Assembly (NCBI GenBank): GCA_004022145.1
Contig: RCNU01000016.1
DNA from: Paecilomyces variotii
Taxonomy: Eukaryota
Direction: 5' to 3' (one strand)
DNA length: 64,000 nt
This document shows, one piece after another, positions 39,322 to 54,000 of the stretch. The notes beneath the pieces were generated by a model. That model had not been told where the DNA came from. It saw only the letters and a program-made list of their open reading frames with translations, and did not search any database. The position numbers and the translations under genes were made by a program. The first letter of the stretch is position 1. Each line of letters opens with the position of its first letter.

Positions 39322-42300
39322 ATACTAGTTATTACCTATATTATAGAGGGCCTTTAGGGTATAAAGATTAGCAACCTCTAGAATACTAAATAGCGGTTAC
39401 TTATTAAGTATATAATTAAGGTAAAGGCGGATATTATAAAAGCTAGTATAAAAATATTTATCTAGTATATCTAGACCTGCTAGTATAGCTAATATATTAG
39501 AGATAAACCTAGCAATTTTATAGGCAGATATAACTAGATCGAACTATTAACTACTACTATCTAGGGCAATAATATATACTTACGCATTTAACTAAAGGAA
39601 ATCTAAAGAGAGAATTCTTATAATATTTTTAGCGCGGCGAAATAATATATAAAATAGATTTAACTTATAAATACCGCAGTCTAATTATTTTATAATAACT
39701 ATAGCTTATTAATATAAGGTTAAATTATTTTAAGTATAGATCTTATAGGCGGAAGAAGAATTAAAGAAGTAAAGGCTAATATAAGTAGGGTTAGCACCTA
39801 TAAACAGAAGATATATATTAAAATATAATATAATAACGCAGGGCTTATATCTTACTAGCTAGAGGCCCTTAATAGTAGTATATAGTTCTATTAATCTAAA
39901 AGATATAATTTAACTTATTAAGGCCTAAATAGTTATCCTAGTTATAGCTAATAAAAGTAAATACTAAAGAATAGTTTAATTAGCAAATATAGAATTAAAA
40001 TAGCTTTAAATTAATATTATTTATACTAAAGTAATAATAAAGTTTAGTATTTAAAGAAGCTAGAATAAGGTCTAAATATATAGAGCCCTTTCTACAGCAT
40101 ATATTAAAAAATATATTATATAAAATTATAATCTTATAATGCTAATAAAGAGTACTATAAAAGGAATAAACCTAATTTATTTACCCTAGATCTAATATAT
40201 TCTATTCCCTAGTATAAGAAGAAAAGGCAATAGGAATATCTTATTTATGCTAATACTACTTATAGCAGGCACTATAATAATAATACTGTAATAGGGAGGA
40301 TTAATATAAAGAATATAATTAGTTAAGAGGTTATATACTTTTACTTAAAGTCTTTAAAAGATCTATAAGTAAAGCAGGAGAGAAAAGAGAGAATACCCTT
40401 TTAGTTATTCAAAATAAAATAATTAGCCTTTCCTTTTTATTATTATTTAGTATTAGTTTAGCATTAGATTATTATTAGTTTACTATATTAGTTTATAGCT
40501 AAAACTTCTCCTCTAGCTCTATTTTAAGCTTTAAAGCTAAATACCCTTCTCTTTCTTCTTAATACCTACTCACTTAAAGACTCTATATTAAGTCTTAATA
40601 TATCTTCCTACAATAAATTAGAGCTAAATGTAGGGAGTATTAAAATATTAAATAGAAATAAGGGAGAAAAGAGAACTAGAAGCTAAGGTTAAGACTAAAG
40701 CTAAAAAAAGGGATAAAAAATAATAAAAAGATAAGCAAAATAGCTAAGGAAGATTACTATTATAAATAAAAAAAGATAAATATATCTCTTAGATTAGCAA
40801 AGATAGTAAATATAATATAAAGTAAAAATGCGCATTAATAATAAGAGAAAGAAAAGACTACTAAATATAAAAAAGAGCTTAGTAAATATAAAAGAAAAGT
40901 AAAAATTTAGAAGGAATAGAAAATTACTAAGCAAGAATTATTTATTAAAAAGTAGAAGAATTTCTTATTATTATCTTTATTACTATTCCTTTAAAAAAAT
41001 ATAGAGAAAAGCACTAATCTTTTTAGCATTAGTTAAGATAAAAGAACTCCTAGCTCCTTAATATTGCTGGGTCTAAAGATATAAACAGCTTAAGCATTTA
41101 AAAATATAGGATTACTAATAGCGCAGCTAATCTAAGTTATATTAACTCTGCAGATACTAATATTTAAAAATCCTAGGGTATTATATTTTAAAGGAGATAA
41201 TATTACTTATTACCTAAGGCTTTTTAAAAGGTTATATAAGGTAAATTAACTCCTAAAAGAAGAAAAAACTAAATAGTTAATAGACTATTATAGCCTATTA
41301 GTATTATTATAAATAAGTATTTAACCTAAATATAAAGAAAAGAACTACTTAAAATTGGCAGAAGCGATTAAATAAAAATATACTTACTATAATAAGCACT
41401 AAAGGAAATATAATATCTAATAGCTAAAAAGGTTTAAAAATATAAAATATAATAGCTCTAAGGATTTAAGAGAATATAACTAAGAATATTAAGCTATATT
41501 AAAAGCACTAGTAACTTTAAGTAAGTTAAGTTAATACTTATAAAGAGTTTAATATTTTTAAAGACTTTTAAAGAAGCTTAAGCAATAAATAGTTTAAGAG
41601 TTAAATATAGACTATTATATTCTATCTATTATTAAATATACTAATTTCTATAAGAAGATAGTAAATAGGGTAAGAATAATTAAAACCCTTTACTACCTTA
41701 ATAATAGCGAACTAAAGAAAGATTAAGATATAGCAGCTTTAATAAAGGAGAAGGTAATTAAAGAAGATAATATATAACTTCTTATTAAACCTAATAGAAC
41801 CTACCCAGATAAGAATAAGAGTAAGACTAAATAATAGAGTATTAAAGTAAAGTTAATAAAGTAATTATAAATTAATTAATTAATAAAAAAGTTTAAGAAG
41901 TTAAAACTATATAATATATAATATATAGGAAGGCCTAATAGTAGCATGCCTAATACTAGCATAAATATATAAGCTAGGGCGCCTTTAAGATTTAACCCGA
42001 CTAGAAGATTTAAAATATCTCTAAACTTATATAATTTCTGCTAGGCTTTTAATTATATTTAATCCTATTACTTAGATTTAAAAAGCCTCCTAAATTAGAA
42101 GCTTATCTATTAAGGAAAAAACTATAAACTTTACTTTAAGCTAGAAGGATAGAATAGAGAAGTTATTTATCTTATATAGGGGAATATATTATAAAAGGAG
42201 ATTATTAAACAGAGACTAAAGGAAGAGTAAAGGAATATTAGCTTAATTAAGTATAATATCCAGTCAATTATACTGGGACAGCCTAAGGATAATTTAAGCT

Positions 42301-42949
42301 CTAAGAAAGAAGCCGGGAATATTATAGAAAATTATTACTCTATTAATATAATAGGATTAAATAAGCCCTAAAGAATAAAAAAAAGGTAAAGCAGGACTAA
42401 ATAACTATATAAAAAAAAGCTGCAGAAAGTAATTAAATAAGAATAAAGATTTCTTTTAGTTAAAATAAACTAATTCGGCAATTATTAGCTTCTAAGTATA
42501 ACTAAGAAAATAAAAATAATTAAAGAGAAAATAAAGGATATGCCTAAGTAAAATAAGGATAAAAAAATTATTAAGATAAAAGAGAAGTAGAAGTTAAAAA
42601 GGTTTAAAATTATAAATAAGCTAAAAGAGACTATTAATATAATAGGGGTTATAAACTAGATATTAAATACTAGAGTTTAGATATTAATTTAGGACCTTAT
42701 TAGTCTATCTCCTAATATAACTAGGCGAAGCCGTAGAGATATAGGAGGTAAAAAGGTTAATTACTCTACTAGAGAGATATTGCTTACTAAGTACTGCTAA
42801 AGCAGTTTAATAGGCAGTCTAATACTACTGCAGCTGCAGCTATAATAAAGCTATATTTATAATAAGATACCCCCCTCCTAAATAAAAGAAACAGTATCCG
42901 CGCTATAATATAATTAGATATAATTTATTAATTATAGCTATTCTATTTT

Positions 42950-44190
42950 TTATTTAAGAAAACCTTTTTAGCACTTAAAAGCTCTTTAATATTATTTTCT
43001 ATAGTCTTAGCAGGTTATATAATATTAGTTATAAATTTATTCTGCTAAAAAACTAGCTATTTTTACTTCCTCTATTACTATTCCTATTAGTAATATTTAT
43101 ATTAATAAATATTAAGCTGGGCCTAGTAGCCTTTAAGGAAGCCTTAATAAAGCTATCTAGTAAGGTTAATAAGGCTATTATATATATAGTACTAAGGGAA
43201 GAAGATAATATTATTATATTTTACTAGTTAATAATTCTTATTTATTAGATAATAGAGTTAGTTTTTTTATTATTATAATAAGCTTAGCGGAACTATTATA
43301 TATAATAAGACTAATAGCTCTCTCTAGTAAAGCTATTATTTATTTCTTAAGAATCTTTCCTCTATTTTATTTATTAGGACTTCTACTGCAGCTATAAGTA
43401 AATTTCTTAGGTCTAAGAGAATTGGGCGCCTAGGGCTTAATTTTTAAATAAGTATAGTAGCTATAAAGATAAAGTATAACTCTAGTTATAAAAACGCCTA
43501 ATATCTGCCTATATAGACTATATTATCTTAGCGGTCTTATATTACCCCTATAATAGCTAAGTTACCTTATCTTTAGGGTTATAGGTTCTTAAACTATTCT
43601 CTGCTATTTATATTAAGCTGCCTTTATTTATTATTTAGATGTCTCTATATATATTATCTCTCTATTTATTCTTCCTTTTTATTAGGGCTTATATTATTTA
43701 TAGTATTATTAATATTATCCTCTAATATTAAGTTATTAGTATTACTCTTTAATATTAGGTTAATAGTTAGAGGTTATAGCCTATAATAGATTATTAGTTA
43801 GGCTAAGTATATATTAGGGCTATTACTAGGGCTTAAATCTAAATTTTTATTTATAGGATTTTTACTAATATTAAGTTCTCCTACTATTATAATATAGCGA
43901 TATTCTTTCTTAAAGATATATTAATAATATGCTTTAATCTGCTAATAAAATTATAGAATATTATTTAACTATATTAGTATTACTATTATAGCGCGTATTA
44001 AGCATATTAATGCTAAGTATCTTATTAAGTCCAGGAATTATTCTTTCTGTCTGGCCTTATAGTCTTATAGTATTTCTTTTATTTAAATATTATAATAAAG
44101 TCTTAATCTCTCTTATAAGGTAGATTATTCTACTAGCTATATGTTTAATTACGCGACTATAATATAGCCTCTGTCCTTATTATTAGGTAT
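42950..44190 (-). pseudogene. C1 putative extra sense ORF (~410 codons) between the chromodomain and the 3' LTR
   Basis: Minus-strand frame with TAA/TAG stops reading MPDDEDRGHIVVAQ... to ...CVTCQDC...*; at least one frameshift is required. Confidence 0.4.
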
Positions 44191-47100
44191 AAAAATGCTT
44201 ATTAATATGTTAATATTCGATAATAATACAGAATAAGTAGTAGTTTATGCTAAATAAGGGAGATTAAGCTAACGCTCTGCTAGAGTTAGCTATAGGTATA
44301 ATATAAGGGTAAAATAGGTAAAGTATTGCTAGTATTAGCTAGGTAAGCTAATAACCCCTTTTTTAGCAGTAAATATACAGAATTACTAGTAACTTTATCT
44401 TTATATTCTTTTATTAGCTCTAGCGTGTCTTTAAGATTATTAATATTATACTATATATTATATTCTAGCCCCTAGCCCTTTTATTAGACTAAGTATTCTA
44501 TAATAATATATTAGTAATACTAGCGGACGCGCTTATCTATAAGCTTCTTAATTTTATAGGTCCTAGTATTATCTTCTTTTATATATAGTGCTGGCAGTAG
44601 TTATAGCTATCTGTTAAAGGGGTCGTCTCTTAGTAAGGCCGGCTCTAAGTATACTACTAAGAATATATTATATACTCTCTAGTATAGTAATAGCTTTAGC
44701 TTATATACTAGTTTTCCTATATATTAAATTACTTTAAAAGATCTAATATATTATTATAAAAGCTTTTTCCTTAATACCTCTATTGCTAGTATTAAGTAGC
44801 TTTTATAAAGATATAGATAGACCTAGTTACTAGGCGCGAAGGTAATATAAAGATATTGCCGGTTATAGTATTGCTTAGCCGATATAGCTACTATCTTTAT
44901 AGCTTCTTTTATATTAATCTTATATATAAAGCTCTATTCTAGTTCTATATCGTATATAAGATCTATAGATATAAGTAACTTAATACTATATATTAGCTAA
45001 TGCGGTATATGCCCTATAGATATATTTTTATTGCTATTAAAGGCTTCTTAAAGCTATAGTAGCGCTAAGAGCTAATCTGTTAGAGTATCTAATATATTGA
45101 GGAAGTATCTAAGAGCTATCTCTACTTACTAGTTTATATACTCTAATTACTTATCTATTTATAGGTAAAATACTATTAAAAATAATAGCTAGATATCTAG
45201 GTATTTAAAAAGTTCTTTTTATAAGTTAGATAGAAACTTAGGGTTTCTATTAGAGATAATTTTCTATAGTAAACCCTAGTCCTTAATATATAGATAATTT
45301 AGCAGAGCTGCTGCCTAATTAGCTATAGTCTAAGTAGCTTTTTTTAGAATAAATATTATTCTCTTAGTAAACTTATATATTATTAATATAGCTTAATTAA
45401 GGCTATTCCTTATCTTAAGCAGGCCTATAATAAAATTAATAGTTAGTATATTAAATAAGATTAGTAATATTATAATAGGCTATATAGACTTAAAGGGCTA
45501 ATATTGCTATATCTAATTTACTATATATTTAGGGCAGTAAGCAATATATTCTTATATTAGCTTAGATATCTTATAAATAGCTAAACTATTTAGTCTATCT
45601 AGTATCTTATTAACTCTAGAATAGTTAATTTAGTTATAGGCGAGCTATAGTATCTCTAGGACTATTAATTATAGAATGCATAAATATTAATATTTATTAT
45701 ACTTATTAACTAAGTATAAAAGATTATCTTCTATCTTATATAGCAGTATTACCTTTAACTTATTCTATAGGTTATCTAATATTTAATTTTATTTAGAGTC
45801 TGTTTAATAGCCCCTTACTAATTTCTCTTTAAACCTAGGGCTTATCTTAACTAAAGAGATATAATAAATATCTGTCTTATTATTAATATTAGTAATAAAG
45901 ATATCTGCGTCTTTAATATTCTCTAACAGGGGGGTATATAGCTCTATTATAGCTAACAGTAAATGCGATAATATATCTAGTACTATATTAGTTTTGCTGG
46001 GCTTATAGATAAGGTTTAAATTAAATTATTAGATATATTATACTATAAGGACTAGGTATAAGTTAATCTGCTTTATTAAACTAGATTTTAATATATTTTA
46101 TTTAGCTATTACTAGAGTAGCGCTGTAATCTATAAATATTATAATAGTTAACTTTAATGCCTTAATAAGGTAGTATATTTTCTTAAGTATTTATACTAAG
46201 TATGCGACCTTTAGTTCTATTAGCTAATATCTTATTTCTGCAGAGTTTAGCTGTCTTAATAGGAATAGAATTAGCTATACTTTTAACCTATTTAATATTA
46301 TCTTAGCTAGTAGGCTAGCTGCTGAGAGATAATACTTATCTGCTAATATCTTATCGCGTAAGTAGTATATTATTATACTAAGACTGCGTCTTAATATATT
46401 TACCCCGGAGCTGCTTATTATATTAAAGTTAATATAAAATAATCTATCTAGCAAGAAGTAAGCTAGAAAGAATAGGTCTTAAAAATATTATTTAATTTCC
46501 TAGAATAACTATAGCTCTTATTTAATTAAAAGGTTTACTTAAGTATTAGTTATAAATTTTTAGTATAGTTTATCCTTAATAAGATTAAGATATAATAATA
46601 ATATTTTGCAGTCTTATAAAGGATCTATAATAATTATATATCTTAAGATATACTAGCGGAACTATCCTATAAGAATAAGAAAATATTTAAGGTTTTTTAA
46701 GATAGCAGAGAAAGGTAAGTCTATTATAGCCTTTGTTTTCTCCTCTAAATTAGCTATATTAAAGGTATTAACCTAATAACCTAATAGTATTACTAAGGGA
46801 AACCTAATAAAGGATTTTTTAGGATTTAGAATAATATTAAGCTCTTATATTATAGAGAATAATATATGCAGGTATTACTTATAATTATTTAATATCTTTA
46901 ATATTATAATTAGATTATTTATATAGATATAAATAAACTTCTAGAACTTCTATAAGTAATAATTTATAATTTATTAGATATAGGCAGGCGTATTATAAAA
47001 TCCTATTATAGCTATATTAAAAACCTCTTAGCCCTAATAGCTAATTACTGCTAGTTATAATTAATAGGGTAGGAATACTCTCTACTAATAAAAAAAAGAA

Positions 47101-50100
47101 ATCGCGTTATAAACAGAGATAAATAGCTTCCTTATTATTATTATTAAGATTTTATCCTATAGTAAAATAAGATAGATATTAGGTTCTGTCTCTTAGTTTA
47201 ATGCGCGAATATCTACTATAATATATTCTTTTTATATTTATTAGCTATTCTTTTCTACTGTTTTCTAGATAATAAAGACTGGGTATTTAGTAAATATATA
47301 GCTATTAGCCTATTCTATATAACCTAGGTTATAAAGTTTATTAAATATATTATCTATAACCTTTTAATCTGCTAGTTTTAATAAGTAAACCTTAGATTAA
47401 TATAAGAGCTAGGCTTCCTAATCTTCCTTTAATAGTATTTATATCTATTAATCTTCTAGTATATTAATAAAGCTATAATTATCCTATATATTATATAATT
47501 TAATAATATATTATAGCTAATTAGCAGTATCTTTATCTCTATAGATAGTAATACCTTTTACTATAACTTACTCTAGGCTTAGCTTATATATTATTTCTAG
47601 AGTTAGTCTGTTATATTCTTTTTATAGAGTCTTTATTAGGGGCGCTATTATAGAGTTAACTATAAGAGTATTTATTCTATTTAATTTACTAAGTATACCT
47701 AATTATATTTTTTATAGAATCGCCTATAGCTATTCTAAGAAGTTAAATGCTTAGATAAATATTATCTTTATATTAACTATATAAGTAAATAGCGCAACGC
47801 GATTATAGCATAGATTAAAGAGGTAGTCTCTATTATTAACTAAGTTACCTTTTACTTTAACTAACAGCTGTATATTAGATTTTAGCAGTATTATTACTCT
47901 CTAAGCTAAATAAATAGATTAGAGTATATAGTACCCTAGCTTTGCTATAATTTTTATTAGTATTATTATTTTTTAGCAGGTATTAATAATTGCTATACTA
48001 GTATCTAAATTAAGTATAAACTTATATAGTATAAGAATATTATTATCTATAAGAATATTTACTCTTAGCCTATTAATTAAATACGCTTCTATTTTTAGTC
48101 TAGCCCTAACCTCTTAGCTATTAAGAGTAGCAGGCAGGTTAACTAAAAGTTAAATAAATTAAGTAAATAGTATAGCTATGCTACTAATACCCCTAACTAT
48201 AACTTTTAATATATCTTATATTAATAAGTATAGAGCTTATTATTATAAGAACTATCTATTAATAATTATTATAAAATAACTGCTATTTAAGCAAATAGTA
48301 ATATATTTTTAAGAGTCCGCTATATATACTAAAACCTTAGCATAATACTATCCTTTAAAGGAGTATCTAGTGCTTATTTATAGCTGCATTAGGGCTATAG
48401 AGTATATTATCTAAGGTATCTTATCTTTAGTTATTGTAGGTATTTATAGTATTATTATCCCTTTACTATACTTAAATTATATACTCTAAAGGTATTAATA
48501 TAGTTTATTATTTAATTTAAACTTATATAAGTATATATAGTATTCTTAGGCAAGGGCTTTTAGCTAAATATAGTATATAAACTAGTTATAGCTATTATCT
48601 CCTATATAGTCTACTATATCCTCTATATATTTAATACCCTTATCTGGCCTATTATTAAATCTAGTATCTCTGTATTCTGTATAATATATGCCTTAGTAAA
48701 ACCTGTCTATAAAAGAACTAGTTTAACTGCTATTAATATTTATTAAATATTATAATATAGATAGCAGATCTCCTGCTCCTAACTTATTATTAATATATAT
48801 ATTATATACTTATTAGAGAATAGCATTATCTTAGTTTAGTTAGTCTTAATTTAGCATAAATAACTATTAGGCCCTATTATAGTTTTATAAGAATGCTTAT
48901 TAAGTAGTAATACCTTAGTTTAACTAGTTATAGTTTTATATAAATGGCGATCTAAAAGGTATAGAAAATCTACTTTCTCTACTTCCTTTATTAATAAATT
49001 ATCTTATTTAATCTTGAGAAATATTAGCTGCGGGCCTTATATCTAAGAATTATAGCTATAGCTATAGCCTTAGGTTAAGTTATCTTAAATTATTATAGCA
49101 ATATATTTAGTACAGCAGCGCCTATATATAGCCTTAATTACTATATTTATAGTTACTATATTAATTATATTATCTTAACTGCTGATTATTCTTTAAATTA
49201 GCTTAGTCCTATTATATTATATAGGCTTTATTTACTAATTCTATAAATTATATTAATAATATATTCTTATTAGAATAGATAAGGTCTTTCTATATATATA
49301 GAGAGAACTTTATCTATACTAAATAAAGCTATATATAAGTTATATTAGGTCTTATCGCCTTATATAGCTAGATAACTATCTATATAAAATTTTATAGTAT
49401 AATTCTATTCTGTATATCGGCTATAGAATATAATATTTTTTTTAACTCGCGTATTATAGTGCCTATATTAACCTTAAATTACTTTAATAATAGCGGAATT
49501 TAAGCTTCCTTAACAGGATATACTTATAAACTATCTTATTTGAATTTAGAAAGCTCTGCTATATACTATTATAATGCTTATCCCTTAAAGGATATATAGA
49601 GCTATAGCCGGACTAACTTATTACCCTTAATTAAAATAAGATCCCGGATATATTTAGTAAATAAATAAATATCTCTATAAAATATCTAGCTATTAATAGT
49701 TACTATTAGCCCTATTCCTATATACTTATAGTCCTTTAAATCTAGTTAAAAGAACCCGAGTTCTTCCTGCTTCTAGGAGACTAAGCCGTTTAAGTATAAT
49801 AATAGTATTATTATAGTATTACTAGCAGTATTCTAGTTGTAATTATAATTATTGCCTAAAGTAGAGCAGTTTTTATTAAACTATATATTATTCTACTATT
49901 TATTAAGTTTATATAGGATACCCTGATTTTATTCCGCTAGCTTAATTATAGTCTTAGTTATTATCTTGTTTAATATAGCTATTATCTTTATTATCTATAT
50001 AAGTAAAGTATTAGTACTTATTAAATCGGGATTGACTTTTATTAATAACCCCGCCCTAGTATTATTATCTATATCTTTATCTTTAATTAATAGCAGTATA

Positions 50101-50591
50101 ATATTATATATAGGTCTTTTATTTTCTATACTGTTTATTCTTCTATCTTATTATTAATTAATTATAGTATTATCTTTACCTTATTTAACTCCTATATTAA
50201 GCGGTAGTTGTCCTATATTAAAGATTAAAGAACAGAAATTAGTTCTTAAATATAATAGCTTATTAAACTATATCTATAAGAAGTTTAAAGAGATATTAGA
50301 GATATTTATAGGATATTTAGGTATATAGTATTTTTAGTCTAAGAATACTAGGGTATTCTTTTAAGAGTTAGAGAAGGCCCTTATTTATATTATATATAAT
50401 AATAATATCTTAGAACGGCTATAGCCTAATAGATTAATTAGTTTTTATATTACTTCTTCCCCTAATAATACTCTTTACTCTTACTGCTAGAATAGGAAGG
50501 TAGAATTATTAGCTAGTGCCTTTATTACCCTGTAAAAGCTACTTATAGCCTAGTTTAAAGTATTTTAGTTAATTACCCAGTCTGCAGGAAA

Positions 50592-51087
50592 TAGAGTGGT
50601 TACAGTAAACCGAAAAAACCGAACCGAACCGAACCGAACCGCCTATAGTTCGGTTTGGTTCGCTTCCTAGTAAACCGCGGTGCGAGTCTACTAGAACCGA
50701 ACCGAACCGGTAGTTTTTAGTTTAAACCATTTGAACCGTAATTTTAACCTCGTATTTAAATTACACTATGTAATTTATCGATACTTATATCGGAGGTATA
50801 AAATTACTATAGTATTTAGTATATATAATAAAAATATATTAGAAATCGGTAAATTACGGTATTGTAATTTTCGCTTATTTATCCTAATATAGCTAGAGCA
50901 TAGTTATATAACCGGATCTAACTTAGGTTAGTAACTAATTATGCCGATCCGGTTTTTTTTGGTTTTAAACCGAACTACTAGTATACGGTTCGGTTCAGGT
51001 ACGGTTTATCTGCCCCGAACCGAAAACCGCTACGGGCGGTTTAACCCCCCCCCTGAACCGAACCGAACCGCCTATATAACTACTCTA
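50592..51087. mobile_element. hAT-family MITE (496 bp) in the C1 5' leader
   Basis: 8-bp TSD GCAGGAAA at 50584-50591 and 51088-51095; 11-bp TIRs TAGAGTGGTTA / TAACTACTCTA (one transition); subterminal AACCG/CGGTT arrays at both ends; no transposase. Confidence 0.9.
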
Positions 51088-54000
51088 GCAGGAAATAAAA
51101 AATTTCCTGCCTATAGGGTAGCATTACCTCTAGGTATAACTAAGTTAACTATAAGATAAGCTAATATTAAACTTCCTTTTAGTACTAGGTAAAATAAAAT
51201 AATAAAGTTAATTAAAAATAAGATAACTTAAGGAAGCTAATTTCTATAGTTTAACTGGCTTACCTAGAAAGCTATAAGCTAAAAGGCAGTTAATATAACT
51301 TAAAAAGGGATTATAAGCAGGTATTAGGAGGGAGGGTTTAGATTATTAAAGAATATAGGCATATAGTATTATAAGAATACTAGTATTATTCTTATTAATA
51401 TATAGTAAATTCTTCTGTAAGATAGTAGGATTAGTTAATTAAAGTCTAATAATCTTAAAATCCTAAAGCTTAAAATAGAGATAGTAGAGATACCCTAATT
51501 AATTAAAACATGCTATTATTTATAACTAGGCAAAGCTATAAAAATATAGGAGGTAAGAAGGTTAATTGCTCTATTAAAGGGATACTGCTTGCTAAGTACT
51601 ACTAAGGCGATTTAATAGGCGGTTTAATACTGCTACAGCCGCAGCTATAGCAGAGCTATATTTATAACACTTAATTTATATAAGGCCTTATTTACCCTAT
51701 AACCGCAGTAGGTAATAATAAAGGCGATATTCTATAATATTAAAGGAGTATAGTTTAATACCTCTATATTAAATATAGAGTATATAGTAAACAGTGCGGA
51801 TTAGTGCACTTATATATCTTTATAACTTAAGCCTCTTAATAAAAATAAGATACTATACGCGGCCGTAACTTTAAAGTTACTAATTAGAATTAATAGTTAT
51901 AAGAAGGCGTAAAATATTATAGTAAATAGTGGAGCTGAAATTAATATAATATATAAAGATATAATAAATTATTATAAACTTATTATAAGCTAGAAATTTA
52001 GAGATAATATAATATTAGTAAATAGCAGGCAGACCCCTTTTATAAGTCTCTATAAAGAGATACTTATATAAGTAGAATTTTTCTATTATAAGATCCCTTT
52101 CTTTATAATAAATAATAAGATTAACTATAATTATATTCTAGGATAGCCTTTTAAGTATTAAATATATTTGCAGTATATTACTTTATTAGATAAAATAATA
52201 GAGAGTATAATTTACTCTATAGACTAAAAGAATTAAGTTATTATTTAGGTATTTTTAATAAATAACCTAAGAAATAAATTAAGAGAAGAGGTATTATGCG
52301 ATCTATTATCTCAGGTATAAAAATTATGAAACTAAAGCTAGAAAGGAATAATAAGCACTAGACTAAGAATAGAGAAAGCCTATAGGAGCTATACTTAATA
52401 AATAATATTAGCTTTAAAGCGAGCGAGGAAATTAAAAGCAAAGGAATAGAGATATTTAAACCTACTAAATTAAATAAAGGAGTTAGAAAATTATAGGGGT
52501 ATAAACTATTTAGAAGGTATAATCTTTTTACTATAAAAATAAAATATTTTATTAATATATAGTATAAAAAGAAATATAAAAAGATTTATCTAGTAAATAT
52601 ATTAAACAGACTTATAGCGGCTTTAGGGGAATTATTAAGATAAAAAGAAATTATTAAGGAATGCTATTATAAGAACCCCTAAAAAAATATAAAAGAAATA
52701 TATAGAGAATTTACTAAATATATTTAGCTAAAGATATTAGATATTAAGAGAAGAATAAGATTAATGCCGGATTATTTAAAGAATCTTATTATAGGTAATA
52801 ATTTATAGCTAAGAGAGAAAGAATTATTAATAGAGGTGCTTTTTACCTAAAAAGCAGTTTTTGCCTAAACCTTTAAAAAGATTAGATAAATGCGCCTAGA
52901 AATTGCACCTCTAATTATTATTTAAATTATAGATTATAAACTATAGTAGGTAAAGAGCTTCCTAATATTAAAGGCACTTTATAATATAGTATAAGAAATA
53001 GTAAAAGAGAGGATAAATATAAGGATCCTTAAATATAATTAAGGATTCTACTAAAATCTATAATTTCTAATAAAAAAGAAAAGCAGTAAATATTAGCTAA
53101 TTAATATAGCTATAGAAATAAATTAAATAATAATATAAGATATTAATTTACCCTCTTTAATTAATAAGTTCTTAGAAGAGTTTAGTAGAATATTAATATT
53201 AATACTTATAGACTTATTCTCTAGGTATAATTAGTTAGAGTTAGCTAAGGAATTGCAGGACTTAATAGCTTTCTATATATTAAGAATTAGTTTAATTTAT
53301 TAAGCTAAATTATCTTAAAGATAAATAAATATAGTATAAGAGTTTATATAAGAAGTTATATAAATATTAGCAGATAATATTCCTAATATCTGTAATATAT
53401 TTCTAGATAATATATTAATATAAGAACCTAAGACTAATTATAGGGGGAAAGAGATACTGCCGGGAATTAAAAGGTTTATATTTAAATATATCTAGAATAT
53501 CGATAAGGTATTATATAGTCTTAAACTTATAGGTTTAATAATTATTAAAGAGAAATTATAATTTATAATATTAAGAATTAAAATAGTAGGCTATATATAT
53601 AATGCTAAGGGGAAATATCTTAAATCGGCTAAGGTAATTAAGATCTTAAAATAGCTATTTTATTAGAACTTACAGGAAGTAAGAGGATTTCTAGGGATTA
53701 TAGCCTATTACCAGATATAGATTAAAGAATATATTATTAAAGCTAAGCCGATATACTTAATATTAAGGAAGGGATAAGACTTCTTTTAAGGGCCAGAATA
53801 ATAAGAAGTAATAGATACTTTAAAAGTGGCCCTAATAATAATACTAGTACTTAAGCCGATTAATTATAAAAAGAGAGGTATAATTATTATTAATATTAAT
53901 ACTAATAATAGTAAATAAGGGGCTTAACTTATTTAAGAAAAAAAGGAGTTTAATAAGAGACACCCAGCTAGATATAAAAGTAGAGTATAGATATAGGTAG

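Larger units (their letters stand above)
42716..51669 (-). mobile_element. Chromovirus (Ty3/Gypsy) family C, copy C1, inserted in A2
   Basis: 149-bp LTRs 42716-42864 and 51521-51669; TSD CCTAA/CTTAA; reverse PPT 42865-42878. On the minus strand: RT FNVAVMGFCNAPAY ~46980-47025, YIDD ~46911-46925, chromodomain EYLVRWKGWGPEYDxW ~44400-44500. Confidence 0.92.

Noticed and set aside
49966-50157. 63-aa hydrophobic ORF (+)
   Set aside because: RIP artefact antisense to C1 gag.
50600-51159. AACCG repeats as a CRISPR, telomere or satellite array, and ORF 50941-51159
   Set aside because: The repeats are subterminal motifs of a TIR/TSD-bounded MITE; no spacers, not TTAGGG; the ORF is incidental.
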